Shown here piece after piece: positions 9,816-20,215 of a stretch of 64,000 nucleotides of DNA. The notes under the pieces were generated by a model. It searched no databases, was not told the origin of the DNA, and worked only from the letters and a program-made list of their open reading frames with translations. Origin of the DNA: Candidatus Abyssobacteria bacterium SURF_5 (GTDB taxonomy: Bacteria > Abyssobacteria > SURF-5); the NCBI GenBank assembly GCA_003598085.1, contig QZKU01000026.1:7335-71334 (forward strand), read 5' to 3'. Numbering within the stretch: position 1 is the first letter of the stretch; each line of letters starts with the position of its first letter. The position numbers were made by a program, and so were the translations under genes.

Positions 9816-10612
9816 TGTTTCACCGCCTTCACGAGCTGCGAAACGAAGTGGGAAACCCGCTCGATAAGATCAGGGGCGGCCGCGTTCTCTTCGATTTTCT
9901 TCACTATCGCAGAGCCGACGACAACCGCATCGGCATACCCGGCAACCTCCGCCGCCAGCGCCGGATTCGAAATGCCGAACCCGACGGCGACGGGCATTCC
10001 CGAGCGGGTGCGAATTCTTTCGACCATCGAGGAAATGCCGCCGGCCATTTTCTCTTGAAAGCCGGTGACGCCCTCGCGCGAAACGTAATAGATGAATCCG
10101 CTGCTGAAGCGCGAGATCAGATCGATTCGCTCATCGGTGCTGGTCGGCGCGAGCAGATACACGGTGCTCAAGTCCTTCATATCCATGAGCGCCTTGTAAT
10201 CCTTCGATTCCTCCGGCGGCAGGTCAAGCACCAGCGCGCCGTCAACTCCCGCATCCGCCGCCTGCGCCACAAATGTCTCGATCCCGAGATGGTGAATCGG
10301 ATTGAAGTAGCTGAAGAAGATGATCGGTATCTGCGACTCCGCGCGGATCTGCTTGACCGTCTCCAGCACCTTTTTCAGCGTTGTCCCGCGATGGAGCGCT
10401 CGCTCGGCCGCCCGCTGATTAACCGCTCCATCGGCGAGCGGATCGGAAAACGGTATCCCCAACTCGACCAAATCCACTCCGATACGATCGAACTCGATAA
10501 CCAGCCTGCGCGTCGCCTCGAGCGTCGGGTCACCCGCAGTAATATACGCGATAAAGCCGCTCCGCCCGCTTCGCTTCAAAGCTTCAAATGTTTGCGCAAC
10601 GCGATTCTGCAT
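9812..10612 (-). CDS. trpA: Tryptophan synthase alpha chain
   Basis: FIAYITAGDP, VDLVELGIPFSDPLADG and GFGISNP motifs; 266 aa. Confidence 0.9.
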   Translation of the reverse strand: MQNRVAQTFEALKRSGRSGFIAYITAGDPTLEATRRLVIEFDRIGVDLVELGIPFSDPLADGAVNQRAAERALHRGTTLKKVLETVKQIRAESQIPIIFFSYFNPIHHLGIETFVAQAADAGVDGALVLDLPPEESKDYKALMDMKDLSTVYLLAPTSTDERIDLISRFSSGFIYYVSREGVTGFQEKMAGGISSMVERIRTRSGMPVAVGFGISNPALAAEVAGYADAVVVGSAIVKKIEENAAAPDLIERVSHFVSQLVKAVKQ

Positions 10613-11829
10613 TACCTGTCCTTGTTCGCGAGGATTTCAGAAACCACCTGCACGTCCTTATCGCCGCGGCCGCTGAGGTTTATGATGACGCTGTCCGCAC
10701 GGTTCATTTGCTGCGCGATTTTAACGGCATGTGCGACTGCATGCGAGCTTTCGAGCGCAGGAATAATGCCCTCGACCCTGCCCAGCAACTGAAAGGCGGC
10801 AAGCGCCTCTTCATCCGTGACCGCCGTATAGTCGATCCGTTTCCGGTCGCGCAGATAACTGTGTTCGGGTCCGACACTGGCATAGTCCAGGCCCGCAGAG
10901 ACTGAATGTGTCAACCCGATCTGGCCGTCGGCGGTCTGCAAAACGTAGCTCATGCAGCCTTGCAGAACCCCCAACTCGCCGCTCGCAAAACGAGCGGCAT
11001 GCTTTCCCGTGTCGATGCCGAGGCCGCCCGCCTCGACGCCGATCATCTTTACCTGTTCATCCTGCAGGAAATCGTAAAACAGACCGATCGAGTTGCTGCC
11101 ACCCCCAACGCACGCGATCAGCAGGGCCGGCAGCCTTCCTTCTTTCTCGAGAATCTGCCGGCGCGCCTCTTGCCCGATTACGCGCTGAAAATCGCGCACC
11201 ATCATCGGATACGGGTGCGCACCGAGAACTGAGCCGAGTATGTAATGAGTGGTGCGTACGTTCGTCACCCAGTCGCGCATGGCCTCGTTGATGGCATCCT
11301 TCAACGTCTTGCTGCCCGAATCGACCGGTGTCACTTTCGATCCGAGAAGACGCATGCGAAATACATTGAGCGCCTGGCGGCGCATATCTTCTTCGCCCAT
11401 GTAGATCTCGCATTCGAATCCGAAGAGGGCGGCAACCGTCGCCGTCGCGACTCCGTGCTGCCCGGCCCCCGTCTCCGCAATAATACGCGTCTTACCCATG
11501 CGCTTCGCCAGGAGCGCCTGCCCTACGGTGTTGTTGATCTTGTGAGCCCCCGTGTGACACAGGTCTTCGCGCTTCAAATATATTTTTGCGCCGCCGAGCC
11601 GTTCCGTCAAGCGGCGGGCGAAAAACAGAGGAGTGGGCCGACCGGCATACTCCGTTAGGTAGTACGAAAGTTCGCGCTGAAAATCCGGGTCTTCCTTGTG
11701 CGCTCGATACGCGTCTTCCAGTTCTTTGAGCGGCGACATCAGGGTCTCCGGAACATATTTGCCGCCATAGGGACCGAAGTGACCGCCGCTGTCAGGCAAC
11801 ATAGGATTTTGCCCTCCGAATGAAATCAT
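10612..11829 (-). CDS. trpB: Tryptophan synthase beta chain
   Basis: [25 protein letters not shown] (PLP lysine) and [10 protein letters not shown] motifs; 405 aa. Confidence 0.92.
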   Translation of the reverse strand: MISFGGQNPMLPDSGGHFGPYGGKYVPETLMSPLKELEDAYRAHKEDPDFQRELSYYLTEYAGRPTPLFFARRLTERLGGAKIYLKREDLCHTGAHKINNTVGQALLAKRMGKTRIIAETGAGQHGVATATVAALFGFECEIYMGEEDMRRQALNVFRMRLLGSKVTPVDSGSKTLKDAINEAMRDWVTNVRTTHYILGSVLGAHPYPMMVRDFQRVIGQEARRQILEKEGRLPALLIACVGGGSNSIGLFYDFLQDEQVKMIGVEAGGLGIDTGKHAARFASGELGVLQGCMSYVLQTADGQIGLTHSVSAGLDYASVGPEHSYLRDRKRIDYTAVTDEEALAAFQLLGRVEGIIPALESSHAVAHAVKIAQQMNRADSVIINLSGRGDKDVQVVSEILANKDR

Positions 11830-12418
11830 GCACTTTCTGGGGATCTTTCCAACCGGGTGAAGCCTCGATGCCGCTGGAGACGTCGACGGCGTCCGGCGAA
11901 GCGACTTTAATGGCTTCGGCCACGTTTTCCGGAGTCAGACCCCCCGAAAGAATGATCGGGCGCCCAAGCGTCTTCGCTTTCGTTGCGAGGGTCCAGTCAA
12001 AAACTTTCCCGGTGCCACCCGCCATTCCCGGCACTTTCGTATCAAGCAAAATATAAGCTGCCGAGGAGCGCTCAATGAGCTCCAAGTCCGCCTCCTTCGC
12101 CACCGAAACAACCCGGATGAATTGCGCCGGATGGAATCCGGCATACCAGATGCGCTCTTCGTCATCTCCATGATACTGAATGTAGTCGAGGCCGACCAGG
12201 TCGAATATGTCGCGGGCATAAGAAGGATCGGGCTCGACAAATACCCCCACCACCGATACGAACGGCGGCAGACGCCGCCGAATGGCTACTGCAGTCTCCG
12301 GCGCTACCTGTCGCGGGCTTGGGGCGAAGATAAGACCAACGGCGTCCGCTCCGTTTGCAGCGGCCCACAGAGCGTCCTCAAGATGGGTAACGCCGCAAAT
12401 CTTTACCCTAACCATCAA
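11792..12418 (-). CDS. trpF: Phosphoribosylanthranilate isomerase
   Basis: VKICGVT...GADAVGLIF (PRAI TIM-barrel signature); 208 aa; overlaps trpB and trpC. Confidence 0.85.
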   Translation of the reverse strand: MMVRVKICGVTHLEDALWAAANGADAVGLIFAPSPRQVAPETAVAIRRRLPPFVSVVGVFVEPDPSYARDIFDLVGLDYIQYHGDDEERIWYAGFHPAQFIRVVSVAKEADLELIERSSAAYILLDTKVPGMAGGTGKVFDWTLATKAKTLGRPIILSGGLTPENVAEAIKVASPDAVDVSSGIEASPGWKDPQKVHDFIRRAKSYVA

Positions 12419-13181
12419 GCAGCTCCCGCATTTTTCGCTGAATATCCGGACTGGTCACCAGCGCCTCTCCCACGAGAATGGCGTCGACGCCGGCGTCCCG
12501 CAACATCCTCACGTCGCCTGCCGTACTTATCCCGCTTTCACTCACTAAAATTATGCCGTCGGGAACTCGCGGCGCGAGTTCGAGCGTTGTGGCAAGCCTT
12601 GTTTCGAAGGTGCGAAGATCCCTGTTGTTGATTCCGATAATGCCGGCCTTCGCTTCGAGCGCCGCATCGAGTTGCTCCGCGTCGTGAGCTTCAACCAGCG
12701 CGTCCAGTCCCAACTCCGAAGAGAGCGCCACAAAGTTGCGCAACGACTTCCGGTCAAGGGCCGCGACAATCAGCAAAACCGCGTCGCCCCCAATCACCAG
12801 GCTCTCCCACAACTGGTATTCATCGATCACAAAATCTTTTCTAAGCACCGGCAGCCGGGATACCCGCTTTGCAATGCGCAAATAGGAGGGATCGCCCTGG
12901 AAATATTTCCGATCGGTCAGAACCGATAACGCGGACGCTCCCCCGCAGGCATAGACATCTGCAAGACGCGCCGGATCGAAATCCGCGCTCAACAGCCCTT
13001 TCGAAGGCGACGCCTTCTTTATCTCCGCGATCAGCTTGATGCCGTCTACGGAACGAATCGCGCCGGCAAAAAAACCGCCTGGCCCTCTCTCGGCTTTTTT
13101 CTTCAGTTCAGGCAGGGGCGTCCGCTCTTTGGCCTCGGCGACTTCTCGGCGTTTATGCGCAAGGATGTCATCGAGTATCAC
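12408..13181 (-). CDS. trpC: Indole-3-glycerol phosphate synthase
   Basis: ILDDILAHKRREV...IAEIKKASPSKG...LSVLTD...IGINNRDL signature; 257 aa. Confidence 0.9.
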   Translation of the reverse strand: MILDDILAHKRREVAEAKERTPLPELKKKAERGPGGFFAGAIRSVDGIKLIAEIKKASPSKGLLSADFDPARLADVYACGGASALSVLTDRKYFQGDPSYLRIAKRVSRLPVLRKDFVIDEYQLWESLVIGGDAVLLIVAALDRKSLRNFVALSSELGLDALVEAHDAEQLDAALEAKAGIIGINNRDLRTFETRLATTLELAPRVPDGIILVSESGISTAGDVRMLRDAGVDAILVGEALVTSPDIQRKMRELLDG

Positions 13182-14197
13182 CGCGCCGATACCTCGCGCA
13201 GCCGCCGCAGTTTTTCCAATGCGGCGCCGGAATCAATTGAGCTTGCGGCCGCTTCGATACCGTCGGCCACAGATTCGACTTTCCCGGCGGCAATAAGAGC
13301 GAAGGCAACGTTCAGGAGGACGATGTCGCGGCGGGCGCCTTCTTCGCCTTTCAATATAGCTTCGATGATTCTCGCGTTGGCGGCCGGATCTCCTCCGGAC
13401 AGCGCCTCCCTCCGCGATCGCTTGATTCCCAATTCGGCGGGATCGAATTCATAGGTCGTCACCTTTCCATCTCTGACTTCCGCTATGAACGAGGTGGAAG
13501 TGACGGTTATCTCATCAAGCCCGTCGGCCCCGCAAACCACAAACGCATGACGGGTGCCCAGATTTCTGAGTACATGAGCCAACGGCTCAAGAAAGCTGCG
13601 ATCGCACACCCCGATTACCTGCGCATCGGCAAACGCGGGATTGGAGATGGGTCCGAGAATGTTGAAAACGGTTCGAATGCCGATCTCGCGCCTCGGCCCG
13701 ACGGCATATTTCATGGCGCCGTGGTATAGAGGTGCAAACATGAACCCAAAACCCACTTCGTCAATCGACTGCTCGACTGCAGAGGGTTCGGCCTCGATTC
13801 GGATGCCCAGTTGCTCAAGGACGTCGGCGCTCCCGCAGAGGCTGGACATGCCGCGATTGCCATGCTTCGCAACCGCCACCCCCGCTCCCGCCGCAACAAA
13901 TGCGGCAGCTGTCGAAACATTGAAGGTGCCCGCCCCGTCTCCGCCGGTACCGCAAGTATCCACCAGCGGTCGGCGCTTCGGGTTCAAGCGGATGACTTTG
14001 TCGCGCATCACCTGCGCGCAGCCGGTGATTTCCTCAACCGTCTCGCCCTTCATCCGCAGCGACACGAGAAAAGCCGCGATTTGTGCGGGAGTCGCTCTGC
14101 CACTCATGATTTCGTCCATTGCAGCGGCAGCCTCGCCGGTTGATAGATTCTTCCTGTCGCACGTTTTCTTGAGGAATTCCTTGAACATGACGATCAC
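13178..14197 (-). CDS. trpD: Anthranilate phosphoribosyltransferase
   Basis: DTCGTGGDGAGTFNVSTAAAFVAAGAGVAVAKHGNR signature; 339 aa; its start overlaps the purE stop by 4 nt. Confidence 0.9.
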   Translation of the reverse strand: MIVMFKEFLKKTCDRKNLSTGEAAAAMDEIMSGRATPAQIAAFLVSLRMKGETVEEITGCAQVMRDKVIRLNPKRRPLVDTCGTGGDGAGTFNVSTAAAFVAAGAGVAVAKHGNRGMSSLCGSADVLEQLGIRIEAEPSAVEQSIDEVGFGFMFAPLYHGAMKYAVGPRREIGIRTVFNILGPISNPAFADAQVIGVCDRSFLEPLAHVLRNLGTRHAFVVCGADGLDEITVTSTSFIAEVRDGKVTTYEFDPAELGIKRSRREALSGGDPAANARIIEAILKGEEGARRDIVLLNVAFALIAAGKVESVADGIEAAASSIDSGAALEKLRRLREVSAR

Positions 14198-14718
14198 CCG
14201 GCGTGTTTGGAAATTTCCCGCTGCAGCGCTTTCTCTTTCTGTTCGACGGATCCAGCGAGATGAGCTTTATAAGCGGTGAGTTTCTTGCGGAGACGACCAT
14301 CGCCAAGCGCCAGTATCTGGACAGCCAACAATCCTGCGTTGCGCGCACCGGCCTTGCCAACCGCCATAGTCGCTACCGGCACTCCGGCAGGCATTTGTAT
14401 TGTTGAGAGGAGAGCGTCGAGCCCTTTCAATGGGGAAGAATCTATCGGCACCCCGATAACGGGAAGCGTCGTATGAGCGGCTATCATGCCGGCAAGATGC
14501 GCAGCGGCGCCCGCCCCGGCAATTATCACCTTTATCCCGTTTTCGGCCGCGCCTTCAGTGAGCGCAATGGTTCGTTTCGGCGAACGGTGCGCCGAAGACA
14601 CCTTCATGTCGTAGCCGACACCGAATTCATCAAGTATGTCGGCCGTTTCGCGCATGATCGCATGGTCGCTTTCGCTTCCCATGAAGATGTAAACCATCTT
14701 TTTTACCGCCTTCGGCAT
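14194..14718 (-). CDS. purE: N5-carboxyaminoimidazole ribonucleotide mutase
   Basis: VYIFMGSESD...SAHRSP...IIAGAGAAAHLAGM (PurE class I); 174 aa. Confidence 0.9.
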   Translation of the reverse strand: MPKAVKKMVYIFMGSESDHAIMRETADILDEFGVGYDMKVSSAHRSPKRTIALTEGAAENGIKVIIAGAGAAAHLAGMIAAHTTLPVIGVPIDSSPLKGLDALLSTIQMPAGVPVATMAVGKAGARNAGLLAVQILALGDGRLRKKLTAYKAHLAGSVEQKEKALQREISKHAG

Positions 14719-16005
14719 TTATGAATCCCTTTCGAGACGCGCCAGAGCTTTCTTGCCGATGTCGGAGCGGAAATATCTGCCCTCGAATCGGATTGTTTCG
14801 GCGCACTGGTATGCGCGCTCGATGGCGGAGGGGATGTCCTCGCCAAGGGCCGTAGCTCCGATCACGCGCCCACCGTCGGTGACAACCTGGCCGTCTTTCA
14901 ATTCCGTGCCGGCATGAAAAACAATGGCGCCGGCCACTTTTCGCGCGTTTTCCAATCCTGTGATTCGCATCCCCTTCTTGTATTTTCCCGGATATCCGCC
15001 GGATGCCAGGACAACACAAACTGCGGCATCGTCTGTCCATTCGGCCTGCATGTCGCTCAGCGTGCCGTCCGCACATGCGAGCATGAGAGGAACGAGATCG
15101 CTCTTGAGACGCGGAATGACGACCTGCGCTTCAGGATCGCCGAAGCGAACGTTATATTCAAGCACTTTCGGACCGGCTTCGGTCATCATGATTCCACAAT
15201 AAATCACGCCACGATATTCGCAACCCTCGTGCCGGAGAGCATCGATGGTAGGTCGAATTATCTGATTCTCAATATGTTCGAGAAGCGTCGGACTGACGAC
15301 GGGGGCCGGCGAATACGCGCCCATTCCGCCCGTGTTCGGCCCTTTGTCGCCGTCGTAGATGGCCTTGTGGTCCTGCGACGCGGGCATTGTCAGAATGTTC
15401 CTGCCGTCGGTAAAAGCGAGCACCGACGCCTCTTCGCCCTGCAGAAACTCCTCGATCACGATCCTGCTGCCGGCGCGCCCGAAAGCCCCCTCAACCAGGC
15501 ACTGATTGACCGCCGAAAGGGCGACTTTCTCATCAAAGGCAACAATGACTCCTTTTCCGGCGGCCAAACCGTCTGCCTTTATCACAACCGGCGTTCCGAT
15601 CTCATGCACGAATTCGGCCGCCTCTTCGGCCTCGCAGAACGTGTGAAAAGTCCCGGTGGGGATGTTGTATTTCGCCATCAGCTTCTTCGCGAAAATCTTG
15701 CTCCCCTCCAGCAGCGCAGCCTCTGCCCGCGGCCCAAAAGCCCTTAGGCCGCGCTCGCTCAGCTTATCAACCACTCCCTCGACAAGCGGCGCCTCGGGAC
15801 CAACCACCGTGAGGTCTATCTTCTCCTTTTCCGCAAAGGCGACGAGCTTCTCCGTATCGGTCGCCTTGACATTCACGCATTCCCCAAGCTCGGCTATTCC
15901 TGCATTTCCGGGAGCACAAAATATCTTTTTCACAAGAGGGCTCTGGCTTATCTTCCAGACGAGGGCGTGCTCTCTTCCGCCCCCTCCGATAACCAATATT
16001 TTCAT
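14719..16005 (-). CDS. purD: Phosphoribosylamine--glycine ligase
   Basis: MKILVIGGGGREHAL..., ATP-grasp core; 428 aa. Confidence 0.92.
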   Translation of the reverse strand: MKILVIGGGGREHALVWKISQSPLVKKIFCAPGNAGIAELGECVNVKATDTEKLVAFAEKEKIDLTVVGPEAPLVEGVVDKLSERGLRAFGPRAEAALLEGSKIFAKKLMAKYNIPTGTFHTFCEAEEAAEFVHEIGTPVVIKADGLAAGKGVIVAFDEKVALSAVNQCLVEGAFGRAGSRIVIEEFLQGEEASVLAFTDGRNILTMPASQDHKAIYDGDKGPNTGGMGAYSPAPVVSPTLLEHIENQIIRPTIDALRHEGCEYRGVIYCGIMMTEAGPKVLEYNVRFGDPEAQVVIPRLKSDLVPLMLACADGTLSDMQAEWTDDAAVCVVLASGGYPGKYKKGMRITGLENARKVAGAIVFHAGTELKDGQVVTDGGRVIGATALGEDIPSAIERAYQCAETIRFEGRYFRSDIGKKALARLERDS

Positions 16006-16025
16006 GGCGAGCCTCCTTGCTATTC

Positions 16026-17603
16026 CTAATGCTTGAAATGCCGCATGCCGGTGATGATCATCGCAATATCATGTTCATTGGCGGCGGCAATGACCTCATC
16101 GTCTTTTTTTGAGCCGCCGGTCTGGATGATCGCCCTGATGCCGGCCTCGGCGGCCGCATCAACGCCGTCACGGAACGGGAAGAACGCATCGGAAGCAAGC
16201 ACTCCGCCCTTGGCGCGCCCGGCGGACTTGTGAGCGGCAATCATACTGGAATCAACGCGGCTCATCTGGCCGGCGCCGACCCCGAAGACCGTGAAATCCT
16301 TTGCATACACAATCGCGTTCGATTTCACGTGCTTGCAAATGACCCACGCGAAAAGCAGGTCCTTCATTTCCTTTTCCGTCGGCTTGCGCTTCGTGACGAG
16401 CTTGAACTGCGACTGGTCGTACGTCGCCCGATCGAAATCCTGCAGCAGCATACCGCCGACTACGCGCCGCATGTTCGGCGCGCTGTCACGAGCGCCGCCC
16501 AACTCGCCGACGGCAAGAACCCTGAGGCTCTCGCCCCACCATTGCCGCGTTTTCAGCACCTCGAGCGCCTCCTTGGCAAACGAGGGAGCGATGATCGCTT
16601 CAATAAACGTGTTCGGCTTCGCCATCAACTCCGCCGCCTTGAGATCGATGTGGCGGTTCGCGCCGACGATGCTGCCGAACGCTGACACCGGATCCCCAAG
16701 CAGCGCGCGCGAATACGCCTCATGGATGTCATTGCCGACGCCGGCGCCGCATGGATTCGTATGCTTGATAATCACCGCAGTCGGCTCCTGGAAATCCTTA
16801 ACGATTTCCAGAGCGGCGTCCAGATCAAGAATATTATTGTAGGAGAGCGTCTTGCCATGCAGCATCTCGGCCGTGGACACGCTCGGCTCCTTCGCATTCG
16901 GATCGACATAGAAAGCGGCCGACTGGTGCGGGTTCTCACCATACCGCAGGTCCGCCTGTTTCCGGAATTGGATGTTGAGCATTGCAGGATATTTGCCGCC
17001 CTTCTTGTCCACAGCGGCAAGATAATCGGCAATCGCGCGATCATATGTGGCCGTATGTTCGAAGACCTCGCACGCCAGATCAAATTTCAGCTTCTCCGGA
17101 ACTTTGCCGCCTCCCCTTTTCATCTCCTCGATGATCTGCCCATATCGCGCCGGATTCACCACCACCACCACATCGCGATAATTTTTTGCCGCCGCTCGCA
17201 GCATCGTGGGCCCGCCGATGTCAATCTGCTCGATCGCGTCTTCCAGTTCGACGTTCGGCTTCGAAATCGTCTCCTGGAATGGATACAGGTTGACGACTAC
17301 CATGTCGATCAGCTCGATACCGTGCCGGTCAACCTGCTGCATGTGCTCGAGGTTGTCCCTGAGCGCAAGCAGCCCGGCGTGAATCTTGGGGTGCAGCGTT
17401 TTCACGCGCCCATCCATCATCTCGGGGAATCCCGTGTAATCGGAAACCGAACGAACCGGCACTCCGGCCTGGTCAAGAGTCCGCTGAGTACCGCCGGTTG
17501 AAAGAATTTCAACCCCCACTCCGGCCAGGAATCTGGCAAACTCGACAATCCCGGCTTTGTTGGAAACGCTCAAAAGCGCGCGTTGTATCTTATTGGCAGG
17601 CAT
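16026..17603 (-). CDS. purH: Bifunctional AICAR transformylase / IMP cyclohydrolase
   Basis: [15 protein letters not shown]...STGGT (MGS-like IMPCH domain) plus the AICARFT domain; 525 aa. Confidence 0.92.
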   Translation of the reverse strand: MPANKIQRALLSVSNKAGIVEFARFLAGVGVEILSTGGTQRTLDQAGVPVRSVSDYTGFPEMMDGRVKTLHPKIHAGLLALRDNLEHMQQVDRHGIELIDMVVVNLYPFQETISKPNVELEDAIEQIDIGGPTMLRAAAKNYRDVVVVVNPARYGQIIEEMKRGGGKVPEKLKFDLACEVFEHTATYDRAIADYLAAVDKKGGKYPAMLNIQFRKQADLRYGENPHQSAAFYVDPNAKEPSVSTAEMLHGKTLSYNNILDLDAALEIVKDFQEPTAVIIKHTNPCGAGVGNDIHEAYSRALLGDPVSAFGSIVGANRHIDLKAAELMAKPNTFIEAIIAPSFAKEALEVLKTRQWWGESLRVLAVGELGGARDSAPNMRRVVGGMLLQDFDRATYDQSQFKLVTKRKPTEKEMKDLLFAWVICKHVKSNAIVYAKDFTVFGVGAGQMSRVDSSMIAAHKSAGRAKGGVLASDAFFPFRDGVDAAAEAGIRAIIQTGGSKKDDEVIAAANEHDIAMIITGMRHFKH

Positions 17604-17621
17604 ATATTCACCTCGCTGAGA

Positions 17622-18443
17622 TCAGCTTGAACGAGAAAAATCCGGTAACGAGCATCCGTTCTTGATGTAATTCACCGCATTCCGAAATACCGCCACGCCC
17701 ATTCCCTCGCGCGGGGTTTTTTCGCGGGTCCAGCGTGGATGATTGGTCTGAAAAAGGTACGCCTCCGGATGAGGCATCAGGCCGAAAATCCGGCCCGTCA
17801 AATCGCAGATGCCCGCAATGCCGTCTTGCGAGCCGTTGGGATTGTACGGGTATCCGTCTGCTTTCCCCTCTTCATCCACATATTGAAGCACGACGTGTCC
17901 GCCCGCGTGCAGCCGTTCGAGCACGGTTTCACTCGAAGTAACGAGCTTGCCCTCGCCATGACGGACGGGCAGGTACATTCTATCAATCCCTTTTGTGAAA
18001 ATGCAACGCGAATTCGGGTTCGCCGCCAGATAGACCCAGCGGTCTTCAAACTTGCTCGAATCGTTAAACGTCAGCGTCACCTGCTGATCGCCGTATTTCC
18101 GGTCGAGCGCCGGCAAGAATCCCATCTTGACAAGAACCTGGAAACCGTTGCAGATGCCGATGATCAATTTTCCGTCTTCAATAAAACGGAGCAACTGATC
18201 CCGCAGATGCTGTATCAGCTTGTTGGCGAGCACCTTGCCCGCGGCGATATCATCTCCGTATGAGAATCCGCCGGGAATCGCGAGAATGTCATAATCGCTT
18301 AATGATTTCCCGCCCGGCTCGATCAGGTCGTTCACGTGCACCCGCTCGGCGCGACCGCCGACCCGACGCATGTTAAAGGCATACTCGGTCTCATAATCGC
18401 AGTTGATGCCGTAGCCGGTAAGCACTAATACGCTTGGTTTCAT
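17622..18443 (-). CDS. purQ: Phosphoribosylformylglycinamidine synthase, glutaminase subunit
   Basis: Class-I glutamine amidotransferase with GICNGFQ (catalytic Cys) and HPE near the C-terminus; 273 aa. Confidence 0.85.
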   Translation of the reverse strand: MKPSVLVLTGYGINCDYETEYAFNMRRVGGRAERVHVNDLIEPGGKSLSDYDILAIPGGFSYGDDIAAGKVLANKLIQHLRDQLLRFIEDGKLIIGICNGFQVLVKMGFLPALDRKYGDQQVTLTFNDSSKFEDRWVYLAANPNSRCIFTKGIDRMYLPVRHGEGKLVTSSETVLERLHAGGHVVLQYVDEEGKADGYPYNPNGSQDGIAGICDLTGRIFGLMPHPEAYLFQTNHPRWTREKTPREGMGVAVFRNAVNYIKNGCSLPDFSRSS

Positions 18444-18478
18444 AATTCTAATTCAAAGATTTGATATAACCTTGAAAG

Positions 18479-20215
18479 CTAACTCTTAATAAATCTTTTG
18501 TAAAAGACCCAAGTGTTGTGAAAACCTCTCCGTTTATTACGATTTGCGCCTCTGAAAATGACAACATTGATTCCAATTTTTCGGCAGATAGGGCAATTAC
18601 ATCTTTCCCAAGGCTTCTCAGATAGAAGTTTTTCATATTTTTCAGCAAAATGATTGTCTTCACTTTGACGTTCTAACAAAGGTCCGTATCTATTTAATGC
18701 AATAAGAGTTTCTTCTGCTCCTTTTGGATTGTCTCCAAAAACACCCAAGGAGCGAAGACAATTTTCTTCAAGTATACGAGCTTTCTCTTTGGAAAGTTTC
18801 TTATCTGCTACGGCTTCCTGTATCGCTTTGGAATCACTAAACGGTACCCGAACGGCCGCATACCATGTTCCGTCAACCGCCAAATAATTTTGATCCGATC
18901 TTAGCCAAGCCTTCCGAAAATATGAGGCAGAATCAAAGCTAGATACTCCCAATGTGCGAAAAAATGGTTGTAGCTTGGGCCGAAGGATCCCAAATAGATG
19001 CAGCCATAAGTTTTCTTCGTGCCCTCTTGTTCGCTCTTGCAGAGCTTTCCTGACTGCGCCCACAATCTCGATTATTTCTGAATCAGAGCGTGGTACTAAT
19101 CCACCCAAAGCTATATGCCGATATCCCATATCTATGTACTGATGCAAGCAGGATATATAGGAGCGGACACCAACGCCCTGAATGACGCCCATAGGTATAA
19201 AAGAATAGTTCTTTTTCTTCCATAGTCCAATGAATTCAGCAGCGTTTTCTGTTGTCAGTTTTACTCTTTCGTACCTGGCAGATAGACTCAATATGCGCTT
19301 ACGTGAACTTCCATCTTTATGTTTTTTTACTATTTCTTGCAATGGTATATGGTCTACTGACGCGCCTATATCAAAGCCGTATTTGTGGTACATATCTAAA
19401 GCTTCCATTGTGGAAAAAGGAGGTTTACTCTCCGCTGTATATGAAAATGCCCCACAATCTCCAAACAGAAGCATGTTATCCGGGAGTTGTAGCACCTCTC
19501 TGAGGTTTCCAGATGAGCACCTCCCCTTGGCCATTCTATAAATTGCACCTTTACCCATATTCATGTGAGATAAACTTAAAAGCACGCCATCATAAGGGGC
19601 ATCTTTGCCGTATATTTCATGGGCGTATGCTTTACGAGACTCACCAGCCTTTATGGGTTCTTTGCCTTCGTCTGGAATAAATGGCTCATCAACGTAATCG
19701 TCCCAATCAGGAAAAAAATAAATATATGAGCGGATGCTTTTACCTTTTTTTTCGATAGATGCTGTCTTAGATGGCAGTTTTTCAAGCCATGATTTCATGG
19801 CTTTCATTTTCATGCCGATGGGTCCTTTTGCGTAAGTAAACTTCGCTTTTGGGAAGATTTTCTCAATCCCCCTGACCGCATTAAGATAATCTGCACCTAA
19901 ATTCAGGAATATACCCTCCGGCTGTGATAGCTTTTGAAGCGCTGATAGGACCCTTTTGTTAAATGATGTGGCAGAATGCGAGTCAAAACGCTGGTCGTAT
20001 TGACTTATTATAGTTGTAGCATCGATCAATCCATATTTGGCTGAGAGAATCTTAATCTGTAATCCCGGAGGCCAGCCTTTAACGAGAAGCATTTTTCTTA
20101 GAACTCGAAAGTTAACTCCATCATACAAGCACATGGCCGGAGCTTTTATTACCTGCGGTAATTTAGTTTTTGAACAGGCCACTATCAATAAGTGACCTTC
20201 GAGGTGAGTTGTCAT
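18479..20215 (-). CDS. TGT-family (queuine/archaeosine tRNA-ribosyltransferase-like, DpdA-like) base-exchange enzyme with a roughly 230 aa N-terminal domain of unknown function
   Basis: The C-terminal approx. 350 aa carry the TGT hallmarks. LFGDCGAFSY aligns to the TGT Asp-nucleophile loop (DSGGFQ). GVSSFDSASYF aligns to the second catalytic Asp loop (GxDMFDCV). The C-terminal zinc site CNCPICx22H matches TGT CxCxxC...H. The protein is Lys-rich, AT-rich codon usage; 578 aa. Confidence 0.72.
   Translation of the reverse strand: MTTHLEGHLLIVACSKTKLPQVIKAPAMCLYDGVNFRVLRKMLLVKGWPPGLQIKILSAKYGLIDATTIISQYDQRFDSHSATSFNKRVLSALQKLSQPEGIFLNLGADYLNAVRGIEKIFPKAKFTYAKGPIGMKMKAMKSWLEKLPSKTASIEKKGKSIRSYIYFFPDWDDYVDEPFIPDEGKEPIKAGESRKAYAHEIYGKDAPYDGVLLSLSHMNMGKGAIYRMAKGRCSSGNLREVLQLPDNMLLFGDCGAFSYTAESKPPFSTMEALDMYHKYGFDIGASVDHIPLQEIVKKHKDGSSRKRILSLSARYERVKLTTENAAEFIGLWKKKNYSFIPMGVIQGVGVRSYISCLHQYIDMGYRHIALGGLVPRSDSEIIEIVGAVRKALQERTRGHEENLWLHLFGILRPKLQPFFRTLGVSSFDSASYFRKAWLRSDQNYLAVDGTWYAAVRVPFSDSKAIQEAVADKKLSKEKARILEENCLRSLGVFGDNPKGAEETLIALNRYGPLLERQSEDNHFAEKYEKLLSEKPWERCNCPICRKIGINVVIFRGANRNKRRGFHNTWVFYKRFIKS

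Noticed and set aside
9815-10792. Long antisense ORF (325 aa, + strand) opposite trpA/trpB. Similar long ORFs lie opposite purH (16722-17501), purB/plsC (32557-33768), dnaK (45415-46968), htpX (47887-48486) and the island/pur genes (e.g. 29360-30061).
   Set aside because: They run opposite well-supported, motif-bearing genes in roughly 60% GC DNA, where stop codons are rare. They carry no recognisable motifs and have Arg/Ala/Pro-rich, low-complexity translations typical of GC-driven spurious ORFs.
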